A stretch of DNA of 60,093 nt from Acidobacteriota bacterium (GCA_039931435.1 JBDTRY010000003.1:1-60093); one strand, 5' to 3'. Shown: positions 19,342-29,768, counted from the first letter of the stretch. The notes: a model not told the origin generated them from the letters alone. A program made the numbers and translations.

Positions 19342-20640
19342 ATGCGTTGCGTTACTCGTCCATGGGCACGGTGTTGGGGCCTTCTGCTCCTGCTGCTGTT
19401 CCTCATTCCCACTCCAGCCTTCTCCATCCCTGCATTCGCACGCAAGTACCAGGTCCGATGCACGGCCTGCCACGAGGCCTGGCCCATGCTGAACGACTTC
19501 GGACGTGCTTTCCGGGACAATGGATACCAGATGATGATGGGCAAGGACGGTCCGACCGCCACTCCGGTGGGCTACTGGCCGGTTGCCTTCCGCCTCGTTC
19601 CGAGCTTCGAGCGGGACACGATCAACCACCAGGAGACCGACCAGGGCGTCAAGACGCTGACCACCAGCAATGGGTTTGGCGTCGGAGCCTTCGACGTCTT
19701 GAGCGCCGGCACGCTCGCTCCGAACATGTCATTCCTCTTCGTACCGGCCTACGAGGGGGGCGAGTGGGAGGTCGAATCCGCGTGGGTGCGCTTCGACAAT
19801 CTCGGGAAATCCTCCTGGCTCAACCTGAAACTGGGGCATCACGAACTGGATCTGCCCCGCTCGGCGCATCGACCCTTGAACCAGACAGGCGCCGGGTTTC
19901 TCGTCTACAGCTACCATCCACCGGGCTCCATCTCGGAATTCGACATGGGGGGCAACCAGGACGGCGTGGAATGGGTAGGCCACGACAAGGGGAGCCTCAA
20001 CCGCGCTGCGGTTTCACTGTTCAGTGTGGACGGATCGCCAGGTTCAAGGAGCGCATTCAACACTCCGGGCGTGTACTTCCACCTCATTCATGAGTTTCTT
20101 CCAAAAAGCCGCGTCGTCTCGGAGGCCAAGATCGGTGCCTTCGGCGCCGACGCCAGTTGGCCTACGACGTTCCTCACCTCGGACGGCGACCCGATCGAGG
20201 GCTCGGGAACTACGTTGAAGCATTCGACTCGGTACGGTCTCGAGGGACATGTTCTGTTCGGGCCGAATGTAACTCCCTTCCATGCCCTCGTGGTCCTTGC
20301 TCATGGGTCGGACAATCGCAATCTCATCGAGGGAGCGACGCGGAATGCCACGTGGGACGGAGGCTTTGTCGAGCTGGCCTGGACGCCCCGGCTGAAGACC
20401 ACGCCATTTTTCCGCTACGACTGGATCTCGAACGGGGACCAGTCAAATTCCGAGTTGGCGAGCAACGCAAACGATCAGACCCAATACACCATCGGCATCC
20501 GCCATACCCTGAACTACTCGACGCGGGCGGAGTATGCGTTGCACGGCGAGTACTCGGCGCTTCGAGCTCGAGGCCTGACGGCGGATGAGCCGACCGTCAC
20601 CTCTACCAGCCTTTTCTTCGGAGTTGATTTCGCTTTCTGA
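19342..20640 (+). CDS. Cyc2-like fused monoheme cytochrome-porin
   Basis: Signal peptide, IPAFARKYQVRCTACHEAWPMLNDFGRAFRDNGY, then a beta-barrel-like region ending in Phe. Confidence 0.8.
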   Translation: MRCVTRPWARCWGLLLLLLFLIPTPAFSIPAFARKYQVRCTACHEAWPMLNDFGRAFRDNGYQMMMGKDGPTATPVGYWPVAFRLVPSFERDTINHQETDQGVKTLTTSNGFGVGAFDVLSAGTLAPNMSFLFVPAYEGGEWEVESAWVRFDNLGKSSWLNLKLGHHELDLPRSAHRPLNQTGAGFLVYSYHPPGSISEFDMGGNQDGVEWVGHDKGSLNRAAVSLFSVDGSPGSRSAFNTPGVYFHLIHEFLPKSRVVSEAKIGAFGADASWPTTFLTSDGDPIEGSGTTLKHSTRYGLEGHVLFGPNVTPFHALVVLAHGSDNRNLIEGATRNATWDGGFVELAWTPRLKTTPFFRYDWISNGDQSNSELASNANDQTQYTIGIRHTLNYSTRAEYALHGEYSALRARGLTADEPTVTSTSLFFGVDFAF

Positions 20641-20650
20641 GGAGGATGCG

Positions 20651-21439
20651 ATGAAGAATTTCAACCGTCGATTGCTCCCCAGCGCACTGGCGTTGTTGCT
20701 TTCGGCAAGTTCGCTCCCAACGGCCGATGCTGTGGCTCCCCCCGGCGACCCGGTCCAGGGGAAAGTCGTCTACGACCGGTATTGCGTCTCCTGTCATGGT
20801 GTCGAGGGAGACGGCCGCGGAGAGGGTGCAGGCTACATCTTTCCCAAGCCACGTGACTTCCGGCAGGGAACTTTCAAGTGGCGCTCAACCCCGTCCGGGG
20901 CGCTTCCATCCGTTGCCGACCTCGACAAAACCATTCGCGACGGCTTGTACGGCACGAACATGCCCACCTGGTATGTTCTTGGCGAACGAAACCGGATGAA
21001 TGTCATCTCCTACATCATGACATTCTCTCCGCGGTGGCAGAGCGAAGAGATTCCTGCGGCGATCACGATCCCGGCGGAGCCGCCCTTGACCAGCGAATCG
21101 GTCGACGCTGGCCGCGCGCTTTTCGAAAAGCTTCAGTGCGCGCAATGCCACGGGGACGCAGGGAAAGGCGATGGGCCATCCTCGCATGAGCAGAGAAACG
21201 ACTGGGGTGATCCGATCACCCCTGCCGACCTCACCGTCGGCCATTTCAAAGGCGGGGGCACGCCGTCCGACATCTACCGCGTCTTCATGACCGGCCTGAA
21301 CGGTGCACCGATGCCGTCCTTCGCCGACTCCATCCAGCCGGCGGAAGCGTGGGACCTCGTTCATTTCATCGAGAGCCTCAGCGCTCACGCGGCACCCAAC
21401 CCGCAGTTCGGTGTCGATGGGGTGCCCATCCACCGCTAG
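20651..21439 (+). CDS. Periplasmic diheme class I cytochrome c
   Basis: RBS GGAGG, signal peptide, CVSCH...PRDF...MP and CAQCH...PADL...MP domains. Confidence 0.9.
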   Translation: MKNFNRRLLPSALALLLSASSLPTADAVAPPGDPVQGKVVYDRYCVSCHGVEGDGRGEGAGYIFPKPRDFRQGTFKWRSTPSGALPSVADLDKTIRDGLYGTNMPTWYVLGERNRMNVISYIMTFSPRWQSEEIPAAITIPAEPPLTSESVDAGRALFEKLQCAQCHGDAGKGDGPSSHEQRNDWGDPITPADLTVGHFKGGGTPSDIYRVFMTGLNGAPMPSFADSIQPAEAWDLVHFIESLSAHAAPNPQFGVDGVPIHR

Positions 21440-21444
21440 AGACC

Positions 21445-21930
21445 TCATGGCGCGCCCTCACTCCCGGTGAGGGCGCGCTCGATCATCCCCATCTCTCGCT
21501 TTCTTCTTTTCTTCACCGCGATCGCGGTGAAGATGCTCTCCACGTCCGACACGATGTGCGTGGAAAGGATTACCAGCCTCCCGTAGCCGACGTCCGAGAG
21601 TATGTTGCGGAAGCGCGTGCGTTCCTCCGGATCCAACCCTGCAGTGGGCTCGTCGACGATCAGGACTTCGGGATCGTTGACACCAGTGCCTGGGCGATGC
21701 CAGGACGCTGCTTCATGCCGCCGAAAAGCCGCGGTGACGCGGTGCGCGACCGTGTGGGGTTCACCAGCTCCAGCAGTGCCATCACCCGCGTGCTCGAGCG
21801 CACGCCCTTCAACGCGGCGAAACAGGTCAGGAACTCGCGGGCTTTCAGGTTGGCGTAGACGCCGAAATCCTGCGGCAGGTAGCCCAGGCGCCGTCGCAGC
21901 CGGTCGCGTTTCGCCAACCGCTGCAATCAG
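21445..21930 (-). pseudogene. Fragmented ABC transporter ATP-binding protein
   Basis: LGYLPQDFGVY, GGMKQR-GIAQAL and LIVDEPTAGLDPEER lie in different frames; Walker A absent. Confidence 0.8.
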
Positions 21931-21931
21931 C

Positions 21932-23827
21932 TCACGCCGACGGTGTTCGAATAGCGGCAGTCCGTGAGCCAATAACATCGAGATCGCGCAGAGCCATTCG
22001 GGGCACCGCCACGCGTAAAGCGTTGAGCACCGCCAGAACGTCGATCACTTCCTGCGCGATCGCGCCTGGCACCGGCGAGAGCCAGCCAGCGGCCGCGGCC
22101 AGCATGCCGATCATGCTCAGGCTCATGCCGCCGATCGCGCTTTGCAGGGCGATGGTGCGCATCCGCCGGCCGATGTGGATCAGCTCATCGACCTCGGCCA
22201 GCGAGGGCTCCAGCACCACCGCGTCGGCGGCTTCCGCGGTGATGTCGTTGGCGTGCCCGAAGGCGACGCTGACCGTGGCCGCCTCCATTGCCGGCGCGTC
22301 GTTGATGCCGTCGCCGAGGAAGAGGGTCGGGGCCTTCGCCGTCTCCTCGCGTACGATGGCCAGCTTTTCTTCGGGGCTCGTTCCGGAACGCACGATCTCA
22401 ATGCCGACCAGCGCCGCGAGATGCTGCACCTCGGCCTCGCGGTCGCCCGACACCAGCATCACGCGGGTGACCTGGTGGCGCGGAACGAGGTGCCCGACGA
22501 ACGACCGGCTTTCATCTCTCGGAACGTCCTGAAACCGCAGCGTGGCCGCGTATTCGCCGTTGCGCAGAATGATGCACTCCATGCCGGGAGCGGCCGGCGG
22601 CAATTGCGCAGATATTGCGGTCAACGCGATCTGTTTCCGGCCGGTGATCTCGATCACGTCCTCGGCGATTCTGCCACGCAATCCGTGGCCCGGCTGTTCG
22701 CTGATCTCAGTGACGGCGATGGGCACGATTCCCTCCGCGCGCGCCGCCTCGAGAATGCTCGTGGCCAGAGGATGCCGCGAGTACTGCTCGAGACTCGATG
22801 CCATCCTTAGCACGCCCTCGCGCGTCAACCCGGAGGCGCAAAGGACGTCCGTCAGCGAAGGTTTTCCGTAGGTCAGAGTCCCGGTCTTGTCGAAGATGAT
22901 CGTACGGCAGCGATCGATCCGTTCCAGCATTGCCGGATTCTTGATGATGATTCCCCGGGCCGCCGCCAGCGAGATCGCGCCGAGGATTGCAACCGGAATT
23001 GCCAGGAGGAGCGGACAGGGCGTAGCGATGACGAGGACGGAAAGGAACCGCCGAGGATCGCTGCTGAGGATCCATGCGGCGGCGGCAACGACCAACGCCA
23101 GCAGCGTGTACCAACCGCCGAGGCGGTCGGCAATCCTCCGAAGCTGCGGCCGTTGCGCCTCCGCCTGCTCCATCACTTGAACGATCTTCGCGTAGCGTGA
23201 GTCGACGGGAAGCGTCGTCACGACGATCGTCATCGCATCAGAACCGTTGATCGCCCCGGACAAGACCGCCGAGCCGGGCGCCTTTCCGATCTGAAACGGC
23301 TCGCCGGTCAGATACGACTCGTCCATTGCTCCGTGACCTTCCACGACCGTTCCGTCCGCCGGACAGGTTTCATGCGGCAGCACGACGAGGCGGTCGTCGA
23401 TCCGGACGTCGCCTGTGGGGACCTCCACAATCCCTGTATCCGTCAACCGGTGCGCCTGGCTTGGCAATCGTTTCGCGAGTGCGGAAAGGACGGCGGACGC
23501 TCTGCGCATGGCGTAAAGCTCGAGCGCCGTTCCACCGGCCATCATCAGCACGATGATCGCGCCGGCCAGATATTCGCCGAGGATGGCCGCAGTGACGATG
23601 CATAGGCCGGCCAGCGCGTCGGCTCCGACCTCGAGTGCGGCCAGCTTCTTCAGCAGATCGAAGAGCAATGGAGTGCCGGCGATGAGCACCCCGATCAGCG
23701 GCCAATCGCTGTGGTGTGCGTGACACAGAAATCGCAGAACGAGATAAGCGGCGATGCCGAGGAGCGAAGCAGATGCGATCCATGTCTCCTTGGATGGCAT
23801 GTTCCTATCGCGCGGCAGCGCACTCAT
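21932..23827 (-). CDS. Heavy-metal P-type ATPase, P1B-5-like
   Basis: TGE, TPCP, DKTGTLT, HP, GDGIND; QSAIGGMSLSMIGM and PVPGAIAQEVIDVLAVLN fit P1B-5 TM motifs; no hemerythrin domain. Confidence 0.88.
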   Translation of the reverse strand: MSALPRDRNMPSKETWIASASLLGIAAYLVLRFLCHAHHSDWPLIGVLIAGTPLLFDLLKKLAALEVGADALAGLCIVTAAILGEYLAGAIIVLMMAGGTALELYAMRRASAVLSALAKRLPSQAHRLTDTGIVEVPTGDVRIDDRLVVLPHETCPADGTVVEGHGAMDESYLTGEPFQIGKAPGSAVLSGAINGSDAMTIVVTTLPVDSRYAKIVQVMEQAEAQRPQLRRIADRLGGWYTLLALVVAAAAWILSSDPRRFLSVLVIATPCPLLLAIPVAILGAISLAAARGIIIKNPAMLERIDRCRTIIFDKTGTLTYGKPSLTDVLCASGLTREGVLRMASSLEQYSRHPLATSILEAARAEGIVPIAVTEISEQPGHGLRGRIAEDVIEITGRKQIALTAISAQLPPAAPGMECIILRNGEYAATLRFQDVPRDESRSFVGHLVPRHQVTRVMLVSGDREAEVQHLAALVGIEIVRSGTSPEEKLAIVREETAKAPTLFLGDGINDAPAMEAATVSVAFGHANDITAEAADAVVLEPSLAEVDELIHIGRRMRTIALQSAIGGMSLSMIGMLAAAAGWLSPVPGAIAQEVIDVLAVLNALRVAVPRMALRDLDVIGSRTAAIRTPSA

Positions 23828-24087
23828 TGCCAGGTCATCGTAATTCCTAACGAGTACTGACCATTCTCCTTTCTGCGTGCGGCCGTCCAGGGGACTCGTC
23901 GATATCTCGCCCAGCAGGAACGCCAGCGAACTGCCTCACTCGCACTTGCAGCAGGACGTGGCCCGCTGTTTGTTGGTGCCACAGTGCGATACCATTCGGT
24001 GTCGCGGCCGCGCCGTCAAGGGCGGGTCCGCCAGCAGCATTCCGGACCACTAACTCACTTCTTCAGCACAGACATGGGAGCATCGTC

Positions 24088-24450
24088 ATGATCACGCTTT
24101 TGCCGAATCTGCCTGAAAACACCATCGGCATCTCAGCCTCCGGACGAGTAAGCGGAGCCGACTACGAAGCGGTACTCATTCCGGCGGTTGAGACTGCTCT
24201 TGAGAAGCACAAAAAGCTGAGACTGATCTATGAACTGAGCGACGACTTCACTGGGTTCACAGCGGGTGCGATGTGGGATGACATGAAGTTGGGTATGGCC
24301 CATCTCACCGCCTGGGAGAGAGTTGCCGTCGTCACCGATGTCAGCTGGATTGCAAACGCTGCGAACATGTTCCGGTTTGTCATGCCCTGTCCGGTAAAAA
24401 TTTTTCCGCTCAAAGACCGTGCTGAAGCCGAGGCGTGGATCGCGGCCTGA
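24088..24450 (+). CDS. SpoIIAA-like (STAS/SEC14) protein, cassette-like
   Basis: ADYEAVLIP, AMWDD, WERVAVVTD, EAEAWI; stop codon lies inside an attC-like site. Confidence 0.85.
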   Translation: MITLLPNLPENTIGISASGRVSGADYEAVLIPAVETALEKHKKLRLIYELSDDFTGFTAGAMWDDMKLGMAHLTAWERVAVVTDVSWIANAANMFRFVMPCPVKIFPLKDRAEAEAWIAA

Positions 24451-24569
24451 CCCTTCGCTCAACCGGACACGAAACAGCTTGCCACCCAGGCCGCGCAGCT
24501 GCGCCGGGCCATCATCGAGCGCGGCCTGGGCGTCAAGCCGTCGCGCGCCGGTTAGCTCGAACGTCAGGC
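24445..24569 (+). repeat. attC-like integron recombination site
   Basis: GCCTGAC-CCTTCGCTCAACCGG...CCGGTTAGCTCGAAC-GTCAGGC with complementary R boxes and an extrahelical base in the L box. Confidence 0.72.
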
Positions 24570-24597
24570 GGCAGAACCCAACGAAGGAGGTGTCGTT

Positions 24598-24989
24598 ATG
24601 AAGGGGCTCGTGGAAACATCGAGAGCATCGCCGTCGAGAATGAAGAATTTCGCCGGGTACTTTACACGCCGAAGAACTGCCAGCTCGTCCTCATGGCGTT
24701 AAAATCCAGGGAGGAGATCGGGGCGGAAGTCCACAGACTCGACCAGTTCTTTTGCGTGGAGGAAGGGACGGGTGGGGCGATTCTCGATGGCGTTCGCACG
24801 GCGATCAGCGCAGGCTTTGTGCTGCTCGTTCCGGCCGGGACGAACCACAATATCGTCAACACCGGCAGTGTTCCGCTGAAGCTCTATACGCTTTATGCGC
24901 CGCCGAATCACAGGGACGGCATCGTCCACCATACCCGCGACGACGCAGAGGCGGATAACGAACACTTTGATGGCAAAACGACGGAATAG
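24598..24989 (+). pseudogene. Cupin domain protein with a 1-nt frameshift near the start
   Basis: AAGGAGG then ATG 24598 MKGLVE; NIESIAVENEEFRRVLYT...EEIGAEVH...VPAGTNHN continues in another frame. Confidence 0.75.
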
Positions 24990-25118
24990 AGATTCGACTG
25001 GTCGCTGGGTTGATAACCGCACGAGCGCCCAACCTGACCTCCCCACATTGTTCCGGAGGCGGACCGCCTGACGATCCGCTGCGGCCGACCCGTTCAAAGG
25101 GGTCAGGAATATTTATCG

Positions 25119-25176
25119 GCCTAACCAACGGTTGCAGCGGACCCCCTGCGCGGGCCGCTGAACCTGATCGTCAGGC
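25119..25176 (+). repeat. attC-like site (58 bp)
   Basis: GCCTAAC-CAACGGTTGCAGCGG...CCGCTGAACCTGATC-GTCAGGC. Confidence 0.78.
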
Positions 25177-25193
25177 CCCGCTCCGGAGGGACC

Positions 25194-25424
25194 ATGACAA
25201 TCCAATTCGCAAAAGCAGCGTTACTCTGGTGCATCGGGATCAATCTTGTGTTCTTGCTGGTGTGGAGCATTGCTACGTTCGCCGCGCATGACGCCATCTA
25301 CGGTCTTTCTATGCACTTCTTACGCGTGCCTGTTGAGACATTCGATCCGTGGGGGATGAGGGAGTTTGCCATCGTTGATTCAGACGTGCAAAGGGTTACG
25401 CATCGGACAGACGCTTTAGTGTGA
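25194..25424 (+). pseudogene. Truncated copy of the 29217 cassette gene fused to a VOC/glyoxalase-like fragment
   Basis: First 51 codons nearly match 29217-29369, then PWGMREFAIVD. Confidence 0.7.
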
Positions 25425-25568
25425 AGAAATGCTGCAAACCAGTCCGCGAGATGCGCGCGCAACGGACTCGTTCGCCGGCTTCGCCTTCTCCCGCGCCGCT
25501 GGCGCGGCAGGCCGTCGGGTGCCATAATAGGGTGACATAATAATGTTGTTGAGCGCTTGAAACTAATC

Positions 25569-26636
25569 ATGGACAACGCCCTCACCGCAATCATTGACAG
25601 ACTGAAATTTCTTCTCGATGCGGAAATCATGTCAGATGACCGCTGGAAGATATTTCTTGACGAGGTCAGCGCCTACAGCGACCAGATTGGGAGCGAAGAA
25701 CGTTCGCTACTGGCGAACAACAAGGCACTGCTGGCCATCATCAATTTGATACCGGTGTCGTTCTTCGTGAAGGATCGTAACAGCCGCTTCTTTCTCATAA
25801 ACCACGCCTGCGAAGAACAATGGGGGATGTCTTTCAAGGATCTGCGCAATACGGACGGCAGCCAGTTTTTCCCGCCTGATCAGATGGAGCAATTCCTGGC
25901 CACAGATCGATCCATATTTGCGAGCCGGAAAGCGGTCGATTTCGAAGAAACTTTCTGGAGCGTGGCCCGGCAGAGCAACCGGATCGGCCATACATTCAAA
26001 CGCCCCATGTATGACACGAATGGCGATCCGCAATATCTCGTTTGCGTAACCCTCGATATCACAGACCAGAAATTCGCTCAGACAGCACTAGCCGATAGCG
26101 AAAAGAATTTTCAAGTGTTGGCCACCACAGATTCGCTCACGGATCTGCCGAACCGCCGCCAATTCCTCGCCAGGCTTTCAGATGAATTCGCCAGAGTGCA
26201 GCGTTTTGCCGGGTTGCGTTGCTCGGTCCTGGCACTCGATCTCGACCACTTTAAGCGGATCAATGATACCTATGGTCACGCCAGCGGAGACGCGGTGTTG
26301 AAGCAATTTGCTCAGGTCATGCGCGGCGCCTTACGCGAGATCGACACCCCGGCACGGATGGGCGGAGAAGAATTTGCCATCATCCTCCCGGGCACCGACT
26401 CGGCTGGCGCCCGAGAACTTGCAGAACGGCTGCGCGAGGTCGTGGCCACCACTCCCCTGGTGCAAGACGGAAAGACGCTGTCGTTGACGGTCAGCATCGG
26501 CATCGCCTCCATCGATCGACTAGATTCCAGCGCCGATGAGGTTCTCCTGCGCGGCGATGAGGCGCTCTACCGCGCGAAAAGCAATGGCCGCAATCGGGTG
26601 GAAGTATCCGAGAAAGAAATCCCCGGTACTAAATAG
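25569..26636 (+). CDS. PAS-GGDEF diguanylate cyclase
   Basis: PAS (FFVKDRNSRF...N), TDSLTDLPNRR, DLDHFKRINDTYGH, RxxD I-site, GGEEF. Confidence 0.92.
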   Translation: MDNALTAIIDRLKFLLDAEIMSDDRWKIFLDEVSAYSDQIGSEERSLLANNKALLAIINLIPVSFFVKDRNSRFFLINHACEEQWGMSFKDLRNTDGSQFFPPDQMEQFLATDRSIFASRKAVDFEETFWSVARQSNRIGHTFKRPMYDTNGDPQYLVCVTLDITDQKFAQTALADSEKNFQVLATTDSLTDLPNRRQFLARLSDEFARVQRFAGLRCSVLALDLDHFKRINDTYGHASGDAVLKQFAQVMRGALREIDTPARMGGEEFAIILPGTDSAGARELAERLREVVATTPLVQDGKTLSLTVSIGIASIDRLDSSADEVLLRGDEALYRAKSNGRNRVEVSEKEIPGTK

Positions 26637-26719
26637 CAGAATGAAGGATGGCGTCTTGTTGGCTTGGACGTTCACAGCAGACCCGCGCCAGACAAGGAAC
26701 TGACATCTCCATGAGTCGC

Positions 26720-26830
26720 TGACCTGCTCCCCGTAGCTCGGACCAGTGGGGACTGAAACACTGGCCGATCGGGGGAAGAGCCGATGCGCAAGAGTCGGTA
26801 CACCGGGGAGCAGATCATTCGGGTGCTCCA
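26720..26830 (+). mobile_element. IS3-family left end remnant
   Basis: TGACCTGCTCCCC terminus followed by [15 protein letters not shown], an OrfA-like N-terminus. Confidence 0.7.
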
Positions 26831-26834
26831 ATCC

Positions 26835-26970
26835 GGCCATGGACGGAGGACCGCGCGCTGGGACCGGGGCGATATCCGTAGACGTTGTCCGCGAAGTCTG
26901 CTTCGAAGATCGGTTCGAGAAACGGCACAACGGCGGTTTGTACCACCCGGTCCCGAATCGTCGGAATCCA
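26835..26970 (-). pseudogene. Group II intron reverse transcriptase fragment
   Basis: Manual translation [35 protein letters not shown]. Confidence 0.8.
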
Positions 26971-27293
26971 TCGGGGTAGTGATCGCAATCGGCATCATGG
27001 TTTCGGTTTCCGATAGCGGCACCAAGGAGACCATCGAAATCGACCGCGAGTCAGAAGTTCGTGTAATGAAACAGCATTCTGTGGCTGCCGGGGGGCGAAC
27101 CGTCATCGCCCTTCCTCTTCCTCTTGTTGTCAACGATCTCCCGGATTTCCCCCCGAGTGATCACTTAAAAATCCCCCTCCCCCCCAGGTTGCTTGCTCAT
27201 GACGCGCGTGAGCGCTCCGTTCGATGATGCGGTCGTGAGACCGCCTCCTTTTCGGTCTCCTCCCTCTCTCTTGTCTTTGTTTTCTCTCGTAGC

Positions 27294-27350
27294 AGGCCCT
27301 GTGGGAAAGTTGGAAACGCGGCTTTTTGCGTTTTCCACTTTTCCATCAGG
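27294..27350. repeat. Imperfect palindrome next to the truncated EAL gene
   Basis: GCCCTGTGGGAAAGTTGGAAACGC...GCGTTTTCCACTTTTCCATCAGGGC; resembles sequences near IS ends. Confidence 0.4.
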
Positions 27351-27429
27351 GCTCGTCCCCCGTGCTTTCTTTTTGGGCACTTTTTCTTTCTCTGCCAATC
27401 ACCCGCCCTTCCGCAGGCTTTTCCACAGA

Positions 27430-28460
27430 TCACGTCGTCTCGGCCGGCGCCGCGGTCATATCGTTCACGAAGGAGCGGTCGATCTTCAGTGTGTCCACCG
27501 GCAGTCTGGACAGGTATCTGAGCGAGGAGAATCCCGTGCCGAAGTCATCGATGGCGATGGTGATGCCCATGGAGCGGATCGCCTCCTGGCTGGCGAAATT
27601 GTGCTCAATATCGTCCATGATCATGCTCGCGGTGATGTCCAGCTCCAGTCCCTCCGCTGCATGCGGATCGACAGCAAGAGCCTGCTCAATCTCGGCGATA
27701 AAGCCGTGACGGTGCAGTTGCAGGGCAGACACGTTCACCGCGATGCGCACGGCAGTCACTCCTTCGTTGAGCCAGGGCAGGTTGTCTGCGATGGCTTGTA
27801 CAACGCCCAGCGCCCGACTTCATTGATCAATTCGGTTTCTTCCAGGATCGGAATGAATTTGCCCGGCGGCACCAGACCGGTGCGCGGATCGTTCCAGCGG
27901 ATCAGCGCCTCGGCGCCTGTGATCCTGCCGCTCCTGAGGTTCACCTTGGGCTGGTAAAAGAGCACGAACTCTTCGTTGTCGATCGCCTCGCGCAGCTGGT
28001 TTTCCCATTGTGAGCTTTCCGGCCACCGCTTCATTCATTTCCTGCTTATGGAACAGGGATTGATCGCCTTCCAACTTGGTCTTTTTGAGAGCGGCTTTGG
28101 CATTCCTGAGCAGGGAATCGGCATCGACAGCGTCACCCGGGAATAGCGCGATTCCAGCTCTTGCGGCGATGCGGAACACGGAGTCGTTCATCTGGAATGG
28201 ATGTTCAATAAAATCCCGTGCCATTTTCTCGACCAGACGAATCAGGTCGCCTTCCTGCCGTATTTCCGGCAGCACCATAGCAAAATGGTCGGCTTCGATG
28301 CGCGCCAGCAGGTGCACGTCTCCTGTGTTGTTTGTCAGTCACTCCGCTACCTGCTTCAGCAGCGCGTCGCCGCCTGGCCGGCCCAGGCTGTCATTGATGT
28401 TGCTGAACCGCTCCAGGTCGAACGGACACAAGGCCAGCTTGTGCCCGCCGCTGTCAGATT
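27430..28460 (-). pseudogene. GGDEF-EAL protein pseudogene
   Basis: Split across ORFs 27820-28317, 27756-28034 and 27430-27759: FYQPKV, AEALIRW, AIDDFGTGFSSL, LKIDRSF; both ends truncated. Confidence 0.85.
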
Positions 28461-28522
28461 GCGTCGTGGTCCTGGATCATCGGCCTCGGCCTCCTCCTCC
28501 TCGCCTGCCGAGTGCGAGGGCT

Positions 28523-28689
28523 CTAGTGGCGTGTATTGGACAAATTGGTACCACCTGACTTGGTCTCGACGCCGTGAGCGTTGTTGCGCCTCCTCAGCAT
28601 AGGAGCCGCTATGCCTGCGTCGGCGCGCCTAGCTCACGTCGCCGATTCCTGCGTCATCTGGTACCAATTCATCCAATACACGCCACTAG
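28523..28689. mobile_element. MITE-like element, copy 2 (inverted)
   Basis: CTAG-TGGCGTGTATTGGA...TCCAATACACGCCA-CTAG; reverse complement of 13519-13686. Confidence 0.82.
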
Positions 28690-28930
28690 TTCGGGCCGCA
28701 TGCGCCGTCTATCAATCTTCTGCGGATAACGCCGCAGGGTGACCGAGCGTGACCGCGGGCCGAGCCCCGGCATGCAATGCACTCGCTTCGCTCGGCGATC
28801 ACGAAGCTCCGCCCCTGAATGTTCCGATGGTGAAAAGAAGCCCTGCCCCTAAATTTCTGACGCTCGGGTGTATCGTTTACTCAGCGCCAGTGTGTTTCAG
28901 GCATCTATCGCGAATCGAGGAGGCTCAAGC

Positions 28931-29164
28931 GTGCAAGACGCGGTCTACTGGTTTCCTGCGTGGGGCTGGGGTCTACCGGTCTCCTGGCAAGGTTGGGTCG
29001 TCTACATCGGCTTCTTCGTGTTTTTGGCGGCAGGCGCCGTCGTTCTCATTCCCAGGCATGGTGAGCTGGCGTTCGCGGGCTACGCTTTCGTCCTCGCCGT
29101 ACTCCTCGTCGGCATTTGCCTTGTAAAAGGCGAGCGGATGGCATGGCGTTGGGGGAAGAAATAG
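28931..29164 (+). CDS. Small Trp-rich membrane protein, cassette-like
   Basis: GGAGG plus GTG; WGWGLPVSWQGW...ICLVKGE...WRWG. Confidence 0.65.
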   Translation: MQDAVYWFPAWGWGLPVSWQGWVVYIGFFVFLAAGAVVLIPRHGELAFAGYAFVLAVLLVGICLVKGERMAWRWGKK

Positions 29165-29171
29165 TGCAGTC

Positions 29172-29200
29172 ACCGAACCACTCCATGGCAAACGTTAGGC
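29172..29200 (+). repeat. Internally deleted attC-like site
   Basis: ACCGAAC...AAAC-GTTAGGC directly before the next cassette gene. Confidence 0.5.
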
Positions 29201-29216
29201 CCGCTCGGGAGGAACC

Positions 29217-29480
29217 ATGACAATCCAACTTGCAAAAGCAGCGTTACTCTGGTCCATTGGGATCAATCTTGCGTTCTTGCTGGTATGGAGCATTGCTACG
29301 TTCGCCGCGCATGACGCCATCTACGGCCTTTCTATGCACTTCTTCAACGTACCTGCTGAGACATTCGATGCCGTTAACTTCGCTTGTATTGTCGCTTACA
29401 AGATCGCTGTGCTGTTTTTCAATGTCGTTCCGTTTATGGCGTTGGTTCTCGTCACGCGGTCCCAGGCGCCGCGTGCCTGA
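29217..29480 (+). CDS. DUF6868-like small membrane protein, cassette-like
   Basis: LLWSIGIN...HDAIY...FDAVNF...YKIAVLFFNVVPF; RBS GGAGG. Confidence 0.75.
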   Translation: MTIQLAKAALLWSIGINLAFLLVWSIATFAAHDAIYGLSMHFFNVPAETFDAVNFACIVAYKIAVLFFNVVPFMALVLVTRSQAPRA

Positions 29481-29502
29481 CAACTCATTCAGGCCGAAGC
29501 CG
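29475..29502 (+). repeat. 5' half of an attC-like site
   Basis: GCCTGACAACTCATTCAGGCCGAAGCCG overlapping the stop codon; the 3' half is missing. Confidence 0.55.
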
Positions 29503-29768
29503 TTTACCTTGATGAGTCTTTTGGTTCTTCGAGTCCCACCGCGGAGCACCGGAGCGGAACGATTCAGTCGCGTCGACTGTGTCTAATGAAATTGCGGTCT
29601 GTGTCTCAAACTTGTTGACCGGTTCCGGCGCTTCAAGGAGTTCGAGGTCGAGAATCGCCGGTTGGAAGGCCGCGGGGTGGCGGATCTGGCGCGTCGTGAG
29701 TTATTCAAAATGTTACAATAGCTCTACGCTGCTAGCCGAACGACGCTCCAGCGCGGAGGCGTGTTCTG

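Noticed and set aside
28700-28835. Possible additional degenerate attC hairpin
   Set aside because: Internal symmetry exists but neither R box is intact.
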